Source: Flavobacteriales bacterium
GTDB lineage: Bacteria; Bacteroidota; Bacteroidia; Flavobacteriales_D; JAHECK01
Reading direction: 5' to 3'
NCBI GenBank assembly: GCA_030591505.1
Contig: JAUVAY010000001.1
Span: 1 to 53,762 of the forward strand
Length of the DNA: 53,762 bases
Shown here: piece by piece, positions 27,101 to 35,046 of the stretch
Numbering within the stretch: the first letter of the stretch is position 1
How the letters are laid out: the number at the start of each line of letters is the position of its first letter
Notes under the pieces: generated by a model
Database searches by the model: none
Told to the model about the DNA's origin: nothing
Seen by the model: only the letters and a program-made list of their open reading frames with translations
Made by a program: the position numbers and the translations under genes

Positions 27101-27589
27101 ATGAATGACTTTTTAGACAAGCCTTTTGTATTGCGGGAAAGAATTAAGATAAGTGGGAACGATGGTACTGTAGAGTAAATCGGTGTGAGATCAATGCGTC
27201 TTTGAACCTTAGAAGGTAGATTGTTAATTGTCCCCAACCATCATTTTACAGATAATATCGTTGAAAACGTAAGTTCTGAACCGAGTAGAAAAGTGGTGTT
27301 AAAACTAGGTCTGACCTACGATACATCACCCGACAATATGAGAAATGCGATGAATATACTAAATGAAATTCACGCCAGTGAACCAGATCTTTTAGAGAAT
27401 AAATGGTTGTCGTTTAATGAGTTCGGTGACTTTTCCTTAGGACTTACTTTTATTTATTATATCAAGGCAGGGGGAGATATCGGTGCAGTTCAGTCGCGAA
27501 TAAACCTATCTATTTTGGAACGGTTTAATATAGCTGGACTTTCTTTTGCTTTTCCTACGCAGACAATTTTTACAGAGGAACTTAAGTAA
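27101..27589 (+). pseudogene. Mechanosensitive channel (MscS family) remnant: 5'-truncated with two in-frame stops
   Basis: The frame of the 27221 ORF read from 27101 gives MNDFLDKPFVLRERIKISGNDGTVE*IGVRSMRL*TLEGRLLIVPNHHFTDNIVENVS. This matches the MscS beta-domain signature (PF.vGD.I...G.V..I..R.T.lr..dG..v.iPN....I.N.S). Stops are TAA 27176-27178 and TGA 27203-27205. No TM region is found upstream. Confidence 0.75.
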
Positions 27590-27953
27590 ACTTTTTAGGG
27601 TCTTCTAGTCTTTTTTTCATCCAGGATATTAGTGAGTTCAACTCATGATTTAGTTTTTCAATCATTTCAATAAGTTCATTACTCTTTATTCCTGATTTGG
27701 AGTTGTTTTCAATTTTTCGAATCAATTCGTGCAGCTCGCTATCTCCAAGAATTTGAATACTCGATTTAAGTTTATGCGCTCCTGCACTCACTGAGGAAAA
27801 ATCTTCGCTTTTTAAAGATAATTGAAGGTTAGCTATTGCTTCAGGTGTGTTTTTGATAAATATTCCGAGCATTTCCCGAATAAAATCGTCATCGCCTTTT
27901 GTAAGGTCGATCAGCACTCTTAATCGTTCATCCTGTGTAGTTCCCTTCTTCAT
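27582..27953 (-). CDS. Stand-alone Hpt (histidine phosphotransfer) domain protein
   Basis: 123 aa four-helix layout with the GAHKLKSS phospho-His motif. It overlaps the upstream NtrC gene by 26 nt. Confidence 0.7.
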   Translation of the reverse strand: MKKGTTQDERLRVLIDLTKGDDDFIREMLGIFIKNTPEAIANLQLSLKSEDFSSVSAGAHKLKSSIQILGDSELHELIRKIENNSKSGIKSNELIEMIEKLNHELNSLISWMKKRLEDPKKFT

Positions 27954-29298
27954 ATTCTTTCATTTCCTTGAGTATTCTATAAATTGTTGATTTACCAATC
28001 TCTAAAACTTCAGCGATCTTAAGGATATTCTCATCGTACTTCTCCAAATAATATTGAATGATATCGAAGGTGTACCGTCGCAATGATTTTTCTTCGAGCA
28101 TAAGGTTTGCCATCGGTTTTTTCGGGGAAAATATAATGTTATCCGGCTCAATAATGTTTCCATCACTCATAACAGCTGCCAGCTCCATAATTGCTTTTAA
28201 TTCTCTAACATTTCCCGGAAAGCTATATTCAAGTAATTTTTTAACTGAATCCGGAGCTAAAGTCAGCGATTCCAGTTCATTTTCTTTTTCAAACTCCTCA
28301 ATAAAAAACCTTGAGAGTATAACAATGTCAGTGCCTCGTTTATTTAAAGCCGGTAGTTTTATTGGTAAGCCTAATAAACGATAGAAAAGGTCTTCTCTAA
28401 ATCTTCCTGCCTGAACTTCTTCAGTAAGATCTTTATGGGTAGCCACAATTACCCTGACATCAATAGAGAAACTTTTATTCCCTCCAACTTTTGTCACTTC
28501 TTTCTCTTGAAGTACCCTAAGCAATTTAGACTGAAGGTTTAAATCAAGGTCGCCGATCTCATCTAAAAATACCGTCCCATTATTTGCTTCTTCAAACTTT
28601 CCAATCCTTTGTACATTGGCTCCTGTAAAGGCTCCTTTTTCGTGACCAAATAATTCACTTTCTATCAATTCTGAAGGAATTGCAGCCATGTTAACCGCTA
28701 CAAATGGTCCTTTACTTCGTTTAGAATTATAGTGGATTCCTTTTGCAACCATTTCTTTCCCGGTTCCTGTTTCGCCAGTAATTGATACAGTAATATTGGT
28801 CTTCAATGCCTTTTCCATCAAGGTAAAAACCTTTTGCATAGGCTCACTGTCACCAACCATGGTTGATGAGAAATCATATTTATGAGCTACCTCTTTACGT
28901 AATTGATTTAACTCTTCTTTTAAATTTACGTTTTGCTTAAGGTGTTTAATAATGTTCCAAATTCGGTCCTTGGTGTCTTCATCTTTAACAATATAATCGT
29001 AGGCTCCTTTTTTTAATAGATCGACTGCAGTAGAAACATCTTCCTGACCGGAAACTATTACGATGGGTATATCAGGGTCAAAGTTTTTTACTTTATTAAT
29101 AAGGTCATCCGCTTTTTCCTCTCCTAAGGTATAATCCAAGGTAATCAGGTCGGGTCTTTTATATAAATTATGTAAAAGTTCTTTTCCGGTAGTATAAGCC
29201 TCAACTAGATTGTCGGGGTTCATCTTAATATGGTATTCGAGCATTTTCTTATACCACTCGTCGTCTTCGACAATAAAGACTTTAAATGTGTTTGGCAT
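27928..29298 (-). CDS. Sigma-54-dependent response regulator (NtrC family)
   Basis: Receiver domain (VEDD, ITLDYTL), AAA+ domain (GETGTGKE, GAFTGA, VFLDEIGDL) and a C-terminal Fis-type HTH. Confidence 0.9.
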   Translation of the reverse strand: MPNTFKVFIVEDDEWYKKMLEYHIKMNPDNLVEAYTTGKELLHNLYKRPDLITLDYTLGEEKADDLINKVKNFDPDIPIVIVSGQEDVSTAVDLLKKGAYDYIVKDEDTKDRIWNIIKHLKQNVNLKEELNQLRKEVAHKYDFSSTMVGDSEPMQKVFTLMEKALKTNITVSITGETGTGKEMVAKGIHYNSKRSKGPFVAVNMAAIPSELIESELFGHEKGAFTGANVQRIGKFEEANNGTVFLDEIGDLDLNLQSKLLRVLQEKEVTKVGGNKSFSIDVRVIVATHKDLTEEVQAGRFREDLFYRLLGLPIKLPALNKRGTDIVILSRFFIEEFEKENELESLTLAPDSVKKLLEYSFPGNVRELKAIMELAAVMSDGNIIEPDNIIFSPKKPMANLMLEEKSLRRYTFDIIQYYLEKYDENILKIAEVLEIGKSTIYRILKEMKEYEEGNYTG

Positions 29299-29433
29299 GG
29301 TTAGTTGTTTTCAATAGCAAGTTATCCCAAAATTATCATATCCTCCCAAAAAGAGACGTTTTTTTATTTTGGTCCTAAAGGTGATTGGGATATTGTGTAC
29401 ACTTATCTAGTTAGAGGGGTTAATCTAGAAGAT

Positions 29434-29464
29434 TTCCCCGCAGATCCCTCAGATTCTCGCAGAA
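29434..29464. repeat. Dispersed intergenic element (copy 2, inverted relative to 1319-1348)
   Basis: The reverse complement reads TTCTGCGAGAATCTGAGGGATCTGCGGGGAA. Its first 15 nt are identical to 1319-1333. Confidence 0.7.
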
Positions 29465-29516
29465 CTCATTACAAAAATTTATATTCAAATAATACATCTC
29501 CTTTTTATTGAATAAT

Positions 29517-29524
29517 TATATTTG
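29517..29524 (+). promoter_or_regulatory. Candidate -7 promoter box TATATTTG for tRNA-Arg(TCG)
   Basis: Exact TAnnTTTG match ending 10 nt before the mature tRNA 5' end at 29535. Confidence 0.45.
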
Positions 29525-29534
29525 CAGCCTAAAT

Positions 29535-29608
29535 GGCCCTGTGGCGCAACTGAATAGCGCACTGGATTTCGGCTCCAGCGGTTACAGGTTTGAATCCTGT
29601 CGGGGTCA
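29535..29608 (+). tRNA. tRNA-Arg (anticodon TCG)
   Basis: Hand-folded cloverleaf: acceptor GGCCCTG/CGGGGTC (two G-U pairs), D stem GCGC/GCGC, anticodon stem CTGGA/TCCAG with loop TT-TCG-GC (anticodon 29569-29571), variable loop CGGTT, T arm ACAGG-TTTGAAT-CCTGT, discriminator A. CCA is not encoded. Confidence 0.8.
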
Positions 29609-29610
29609 CT

Positions 29611-29640
29611 AAGAACCTCCATTTTATGGAGGTTCTTTTC
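29611..29640 (+). terminator. Intrinsic terminator after tRNA-Arg
   Basis: AAGAACCTCCA-TTTTA-TGGAGGTTCTT hairpin followed by a T-rich tract. Confidence 0.75.
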
Positions 29641-29854
29641 ATTTTTGCCCTACCATTGCCCAACATAGTCGTTTTTACTCACTTTCTTATATAGAATAAG
29701 TGATGACTCAATTCCATCAATTGATTTATATTAATTAGTTATTTAATAAACTAGTCACAAAAAGAAGCCCCGCAAAAAATACACCGATCAGAAGCTGTGT
29801 ACAACTACAAGTTAGGTGTTTTATTTTGGCGTTAGGTGTTATTCCTTTTGAGAT

Positions 29855-29952
29855 TCTATCGTATCATTTTCGTATAATTTCGAATCATACCGTATCACTA
29901 TCTATCGTATCACTATCGAATATTTTCGTATCATATCGTATCATTTTATCGA
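29855..29952. repeat. Array of about 9 degenerate CG(T/A)AT(C/A)A boxes at roughly 10-11 bp phasing
   Basis: Boxes start at 29860, 29871, 29881, 29891, 29906, 29917, 29927, 29937 and 29950, giving intervals of 11, 10, 10, 15, 11, 10, 10 and 13. Five boxes are exact CGTATCA. The array ends 24 nt before the fic ATG. Confidence 0.7.
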
Positions 29953-29975
29953 AAAATGTGTATCTTTGATTTAAG

Positions 29976-31010
29976 ATGGAAAAAGTACATTCTCTTAAGC
30001 TCCAAATTGATTGGAAATTAATAAACATAATAAGTCAAATTGACCGATTTGATGCTTCATGGGCATCAATAGAAAAAAGAGAAGGCCAAAGTTTAAAACA
30101 ACTGAAGTCAATAGCAACAATACGCAGTGTAGGAGCTTCTACTAGAATTGAAGGATCTAAAATGAGTAATGAGGAAGTAGATGTATTACTGAAAGATTTG
30201 GAAATTGAAAAACTTGAGGATCGAGACTCTCAAGAAGTTGCTGGGTATTTTGAAGTTCTGGATATTATATCGGATTCATTTGACGAAATTGAAATTAACG
30301 AAAACTCAATAAAAGGATTGCACAATTCCTTGATGAAGTATAGTGAAAAAGATCAGTGGCACAAAGGCGACTATAAACAGCACAGCAATAGTGTAGAAGC
30401 AACTCTACCTGATGGATCTAAACAAATAATATTTGAAACAACATCTCCTGGATATCCCACAGAAGATGCAATGAGAGCATTAATAGAATGGTATGATAAT
30501 GATATGTCAACACATACTCTAGTAAAATGCGCCATTTTCATATATGAATTTGTAAGCATACATCCATTTCAGGATGGAAATGGAAGGCTTAGTAGGTTAC
30601 TGTCAACACTTCTCTTGCTTAAACATGGATATAAATGGATCCAATATGTCAGTTTTGAACACGAAATTGAAAATCGAAAAACAGAATACTATAGAGAATT
30701 GCGACATTGCCAAGCTCAAAGACCAAATGAAAATGTGACAACATGGATTGACTTCTTTTTTGATGCCCTTACAAACATTCAGAAACAACTTCTTGAAAAG
30801 CTGGAAACAAAAGGGACAATAGCTAAATTATCTCCACGAGAAAAAAGCATTCTTGTATTTATTGAAACCAACCCTGGCTGTAAGTCCGGACAGATTTCAG
30901 AGAAATTGGATATACCAAGCCCTACTGTCAAGAGAATACTTTCTGATATGGTAAACAACAAGTTGATAGAGAAATTTGGATCAGGACCAGGAACGAATTA
31001 TAGTGTTTAA
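29976..31010 (+). CDS. Fic-family protein (class II, autoinhibited) with C-terminal winged-helix domain
   Basis: Canonical Fic motif HPFQDGNGRLSR (30561-30596), N-terminal inhibitory motif STRIEG matching (S/T)xxxE(G/N) (30138-30155), and a C-terminal wHTH-like segment (PSPTVKRILSDMVNNKLIEK). Confidence 0.9.
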   Translation: MEKVHSLKLQIDWKLINIISQIDRFDASWASIEKREGQSLKQLKSIATIRSVGASTRIEGSKMSNEEVDVLLKDLEIEKLEDRDSQEVAGYFEVLDIISDSFDEIEINENSIKGLHNSLMKYSEKDQWHKGDYKQHSNSVEATLPDGSKQIIFETTSPGYPTEDAMRALIEWYDNDMSTHTLVKCAIFIYEFVSIHPFQDGNGRLSRLLSTLLLLKHGYKWIQYVSFEHEIENRKTEYYRELRHCQAQRPNENVTTWIDFFFDALTNIQKQLLEKLETKGTIAKLSPREKSILVFIETNPGCKSGQISEKLDIPSPTVKRILSDMVNNKLIEKFGSGPGTNYSV

Positions 31011-31084
31011 TAAAACAAAACCTATGAGCAATAGCGTCCTTCGGGACGTTATTACTCGTAGCTAAACTGCTGAAGGCTATTATT

Positions 31085-31246
31085 ATGAAAAAATACAAGA
31101 GTGAGGTATTTGGCTTAATTCAAGAACCTGAAAACTTCGTTGAGCTTATTTTATTGTTATCAGATATCTCAGGTGAAGATCCAAGAGTTGTGATGTGGAG
31201 AGGTCAGAGTGATATTCAATGGCCAATTCATCACTCAATCCTATAA
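31085..31246 (+). pseudogene. Truncated FRG-domain gene fragment (53 codons)
   Basis: My own translation gives MKKYKSEVFGLIQEPENFVELILLLSDISGEDPRVVMWRGQSDIQWPIHHSIL*. The (F/W)RGQ-x(4)-W-P pattern matches the N-terminus of FRG-domain proteins, which I recall as much longer (about 200+ aa). The next gene starts 47 nt later. Confidence 0.45.
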
Positions 31247-31292
31247 GGCTAAATCAGAATTGTTAACTTGCTATTTCTAAGTCAAAAAAGGC

Positions 31293-32852
31293 ATGTCATC
31301 CTCTATAAAAACAACTTTTTTCCTCTCCTTAATCGCCCTCTTGTCTTTCTACTTATGGGAAAACACGGTTTTTATTAAAATAGAAGACCAACAAACCTGG
31401 CTACTTTACTTACATTTTGGCATTCTTCTAATTTCCTTCATTAGTATTAGGTGGACCTTTCTTCCTACAAAGTTTCAACCCTACTTAAGAGGGCTTATGG
31501 TAGTAAGTTTCTTTTTTATCATCTTTATACTATGGAACATTTTATTTAGATGGTATAGCGATACCTTCGATTTTAAAGGGAATATTTTCAGGGGTATTTT
31601 ATATGGCTTTCGAGCGCCTTTTTATGGGCGATTAAAACCTGCTGTTGTTATAACTAAGTATTATCCTGCAATTGCAACTAGCGTCCTTTTCATAATTCTT
31701 GTAGTTACAATAAACTGGAAAAGTAAATCAAAATGGATCACTCCATTATTAGTTCTTCTAGGAGCGATTCTATTCTTCACCTTTGCCTGGGATACTTCCT
31801 TTCATAAAACTCTAATGGCCACTAATTGTCATTATAAAACGTTTTCAGAAGGTTTATCTGCTTTCCCCGACTGGGCTTCTTTTTTGTCAAGCTATACTGA
31901 CCAAATGAGGTTTTTAGGTGCCCATAACAACCATTACCCACCAGGTGTCCTGATCTTACTAAAGCTAAACAACGAGCTATATCCATACTTAATAAAATTG
32001 CTTGTTATTATTGCTCCCATTCTGTCGATATTCCCCTTAATAGGAATTTTAAAACACTTTTCTATTTCCACTCAAAGCATCAACCTTTATATCGCCTTTT
32101 ATATCTCAAGCTTTGCGCTATTGTTCTTTCCCGGTCGAGCTCTAACTCCATTACACCTTCCGCTTGCTACTTCCTTTTTATACTTGTTGATCAAATCGTT
32201 TGATAAGAAGCAAATTAAATATGGTGTTCTAGCAGGGGTCGTTCTATCTGTTTATGCATTTCTCTCTTTTTCCTTCCTTGTATTTACCTTGTTTTGTTTC
32301 GTTTTTATTGCCCTCCTTTTAGTTTATAAAAAGATCGAATTGCAACAACTAGTATTGCCTTCTCTTGCTATCCTTACTACGTTTATTGTGATTTACACTG
32401 CCGTAGATCTGCTCTTTGATTTTAATTTATACACCTGTTTTAATGAAGCTTTTCGTAATGAAGGTGCGCAAATGAAAAGTTCTGGCGTAGATAATTTAAC
32501 ACGCTATTTTATTGTATCTACCGGAAACCTCATCGCCTATATTGGTGTATTTGGCTCGGTAATAATTGGCCTTTTCGGAGAACGTATATACGCGAAAGCG
32601 ATCAATAAGAAGTCTTCTTTCATGATCTTGATCAGGGCAGTACTAGCGACAATTATTATTCTATCATTTTCTAGTCAGTTTTACCTGGAAATAGAACGAA
32701 TCTGGATATTTCTAAGTCCTTTTGTTCTGTTTGGAGTGCTTCTTTATGGCCCCGTTTCGAAAATGAAAAGTTTATCACCTCTTCGAATTGCCTTAGTACT
32801 GAACGTTATTATATCAGTCGTATATATAATAATGATCAATAAATGCACTTAA
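31293..32852 (+). CDS. Polytopic membrane protein of unknown function (possibly GT-C-like)
   Basis: 519 aa with at least 12 predicted TM segments by eye. HNNHYPPG (31923-31946) follows a hydrophilic loop and is reminiscent of the HPPG/HPPL loop motif of GT-C glycosyltransferases. Confidence 0.6.
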   Translation: MSSSIKTTFFLSLIALLSFYLWENTVFIKIEDQQTWLLYLHFGILLISFISIRWTFLPTKFQPYLRGLMVVSFFFIIFILWNILFRWYSDTFDFKGNIFRGILYGFRAPFYGRLKPAVVITKYYPAIATSVLFIILVVTINWKSKSKWITPLLVLLGAILFFTFAWDTSFHKTLMATNCHYKTFSEGLSAFPDWASFLSSYTDQMRFLGAHNNHYPPGVLILLKLNNELYPYLIKLLVIIAPILSIFPLIGILKHFSISTQSINLYIAFYISSFALLFFPGRALTPLHLPLATSFLYLLIKSFDKKQIKYGVLAGVVLSVYAFLSFSFLVFTLFCFVFIALLLVYKKIELQQLVLPSLAILTTFIVIYTAVDLLFDFNLYTCFNEAFRNEGAQMKSSGVDNLTRYFIVSTGNLIAYIGVFGSVIIGLFGERIYAKAINKKSSFMILIRAVLATIIILSFSSQFYLEIERIWIFLSPFVLFGVLLYGPVSKMKSLSPLRIALVLNVIISVVYIIMINKCT

Positions 32853-32866
32853 TACTTTAGGTGTTC

Positions 32867-33223
32867 TTAACTGTACTTTTCTCTTGTCAACACCTTTAAT
32901 AGACAGCGCTCTATGACCAATGTTGTAATTACATTTTCTAGATCGTTATTTACTTCACTCGATAGGCGTTTTTGAATGCTTGTTTCCGGAACATCAATTC
33001 TGTATAATAGGTTTTTAAGCTGAATGTCATTACTTCTAACTAAGCTGGCAACAGCTGGAAAAACAATAGTGAAAAGTTCATTGTAATTCTCAGGAACATT
33101 GATCGGACCTTCAAAATCTATCCCCGACATATTAAAGTCTCGTTGGACTTGCGACAAAACCTTATTCAAATAATCTTTATTTTCAAAATAGACGTGCTTC
33201 GAATTTGTTTTTGATAGGTCCAT
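32867..33223 (-). CDS. Hypothetical protein
   Basis: 118 aa ORF with ordinary composition. I recognise no motif. Confidence 0.5.
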   Translation of the reverse strand: MDLSKTNSKHVYFENKDYLNKVLSQVQRDFNMSGIDFEGPINVPENYNELFTIVFPAVASLVRSNDIQLKNLLYRIDVPETSIQKRLSSEVNNDLENVITTLVIERCLLKVLTREKYS

Positions 33224-33326
33224 CTATCAAAGATACAACTCATCGAAAGAAAAGGGTCGCATAATTAAACATCTTTTTGTAGTTTGCTCCTAACAAAGTA
33301 TACTCGCATCACTTATACAATTATTG

Positions 33327-34154
33327 ATGATCAGGTTAATCAGTCTTACTTTTCTACTATTTGCTCTTTTTTCATGCAATGATGAAGAATATACTATCAA
33401 TAATTTGAATGATAATAAAATAAGTATCCTTGGCCATGGTGGTATGGGAACAGGAATAACGATCTACCCAACAAACTCTTTAGCATCAATTGAAAAATGC
33501 CTTAGCTATGGTGCCGACGGAAGTGAATTGGATGTGCAATTAACAAAAGATGGTGTTTTAGTCGCATATCATGATCGTGATCTTGGAGAAAGCACAAATA
33601 TTGAAGGGCTAATCAATTCGCTAAACTGGGAAGATATTAAAGGAGCGTATTATAACAATATTCCTTTTATAAAATACCCCGTGATCTCATTGGATGAATT
33701 GTTTTCTTCTATTGAAAATCGTAATTATTACCAGTTTACATTTGACTGTAAACTATACAATGAACAATCAGATCAGGGACTTTTTCTTTCTACTTATGTC
33801 GATGCAATCAATGATATTATAATTAAATATGAGTTGCTTAGCAAGGTAAATATAGAGTCACAAAATGAAGCCTTCCTACAGTTATTACAAAAGTCCAATC
33901 GCGATTACAAACTTTTTATTTACCCATCATCTTTCGAATCCGGATTTGAAATAGCAAAAAGAATGGACTTATTTGGTATCACCATATCAACTAAAATAAT
34001 TAGTAAAGAACAAGTAGCGCTCGCTCACAAGGAAGGTATTTCAATTGCTATCTGGGGAGTGAATTCACGAAGAAAAAATAAAGAAGGAATTAAAAAGAAT
34101 CCCGATTATATTCAAACTGATCGTTTAGGACATTTAGTTGATCTATTAAAGTAA
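33327..34154 (+). CDS. Glycerophosphodiester phosphodiesterase (GDPD) family lipoprotein
   Basis: Lipobox FSC, ILGHGG...ELDVQLTKDGVLVAYHD GDPD core. I preferred ATG 33327 over the TTG at 33324. Confidence 0.75.
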   Translation: MIRLISLTFLLFALFSCNDEEYTINNLNDNKISILGHGGMGTGITIYPTNSLASIEKCLSYGADGSELDVQLTKDGVLVAYHDRDLGESTNIEGLINSLNWEDIKGAYYNNIPFIKYPVISLDELFSSIENRNYYQFTFDCKLYNEQSDQGLFLSTYVDAINDIIIKYELLSKVNIESQNEAFLQLLQKSNRDYKLFIYPSSFESGFEIAKRMDLFGITISTKIISKEQVALAHKEGISIAIWGVNSRRKNKEGIKKNPDYIQTDRLGHLVDLLK

Positions 34155-34170
34155 CTAAATCCTCCCCTTT

Positions 34171-35046
34171 TTAAGGAGCCATCACCAACAGATCTTTATT
34201 TTTAACTTGGATATCGATTTGATTTCCTACTTCAACTGACTCTCCATCAATATTAGCAAAACTGTGCGATCCTTGGTTGACGCTGATCTTTTGAGCTCTA
34301 ATTATTTCAATTTGTTTTGATCTATTTGCTTTTCCTGTCCATACTTGCCATAATAGATAAGGAAGCGCTAACAAGCTAGGTTTTCTTACAATACACACAT
34401 CAAGAAGAGAATCGCTTATATCGGCTTCCGGGGCTATTCGGGTATTGTATCCAAACTGATTTGAATTAGCAAAAATGATCATGAACGCTTTTCTTTCGTG
34501 CGTCTTTCCGTCAAGGTTTAAGGAATAGTTCTTTTCCTTATAATTAAAGTATTCTCGAATTACTAGGCGAGCATAGGTAACAAACCCTCTTCCAGCTGCT
34601 TTTTCAAACTCGGCAGCTATCAAACTATCAAACCCAATCCCAGCTATACTCACAAAAAAGTGACCGTTGAGAAGGGCTGAATCAATTTCTTTTAATTTTA
34701 GTTGATCAATACTGCTAATTGCTTTTTCTGGTGACAATGAAATGTTTAAATGCCTGGCTAAACCATTTCCAGATCCCATAGGCACTATTGCCAAGGCTGA
34801 CTTTTTATTTCCGAGCTTTGCAGCAATATCATTTATCGTTCCATCTCCTCCAACAGCCACTATTACATCAAAATCATCCATTCTATCTTGTGCAATTTTT
34901 CCAGCATGCAGAGGAAATTCTGTATAGATCACTTCAAAATCTATCCCCTTCGGATGCAATTTTTCCTGGATCGTAGCTTTCAGGTGTGATTTTGATTTTC
35001 CACCACTGATCGGATTGACAATAAATAAATATCTTTTTCTACTCAT
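34171..35046 (-). CDS. Diacylglycerol/lipid kinase (DAGK catalytic domain, YegS/DgkB-like)
   Basis: FIVNPISGG ... VAVGGDGTIND signature. The start MSRKRYLFIVNP at 35046 gives an 8-nt overlap with the LtaS-family stop. A long form starting at 35073 is possible. Confidence 0.8.
   Translation of the reverse strand: MSRKRYLFIVNPISGGKSKSHLKATIQEKLHPKGIDFEVIYTEFPLHAGKIAQDRMDDFDVIVAVGGDGTINDIAAKLGNKKSALAIVPMGSGNGLARHLNISLSPEKAISSIDQLKLKEIDSALLNGHFFVSIAGIGFDSLIAAEFEKAAGRGFVTYARLVIREYFNYKEKNYSLNLDGKTHERKAFMIIFANSNQFGYNTRIAPEADISDSLLDVCIVRKPSLLALPYLLWQVWTGKANRSKQIEIIRAQKISVNQGSHSFANIDGESVEVGNQIDIQVKNKDLLVMAP

Noticed and set aside
29305-29511. 68 aa ORF between the NtrC-type gene and tRNA-Arg
   Set aside because: It spans the dispersed repeat element and reaches to within 6 nt of the candidate tRNA -7 box. 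It has a TTG start and no recognisable motif.
24912-29534. Sigma-54 promoters (TGGCAC-N5-TTGC) near the NtrC-type regulator, the T9SS operon and other intergenic regions
   Set aside because: A manual scan of all intergenic regions found no GG-N10-GC element with acceptable flanks. Near-misses such as TGGCATCTTTGAATAA (minus sense near 26975) lack the -12 TTGC.
29609-31292. Search for an integrase or att duplication marking an intact genomic island at tRNA-Arg(TCG)
   Set aside because: No recombinase ORF is present. The only resemblance to the tRNA 3' end (GAATCCTGTCGG) is a weak 8/12 match, CAATCCTATAAGG, at 31238-31250, which is not convincing. I treat the region as a possible decayed islet only.
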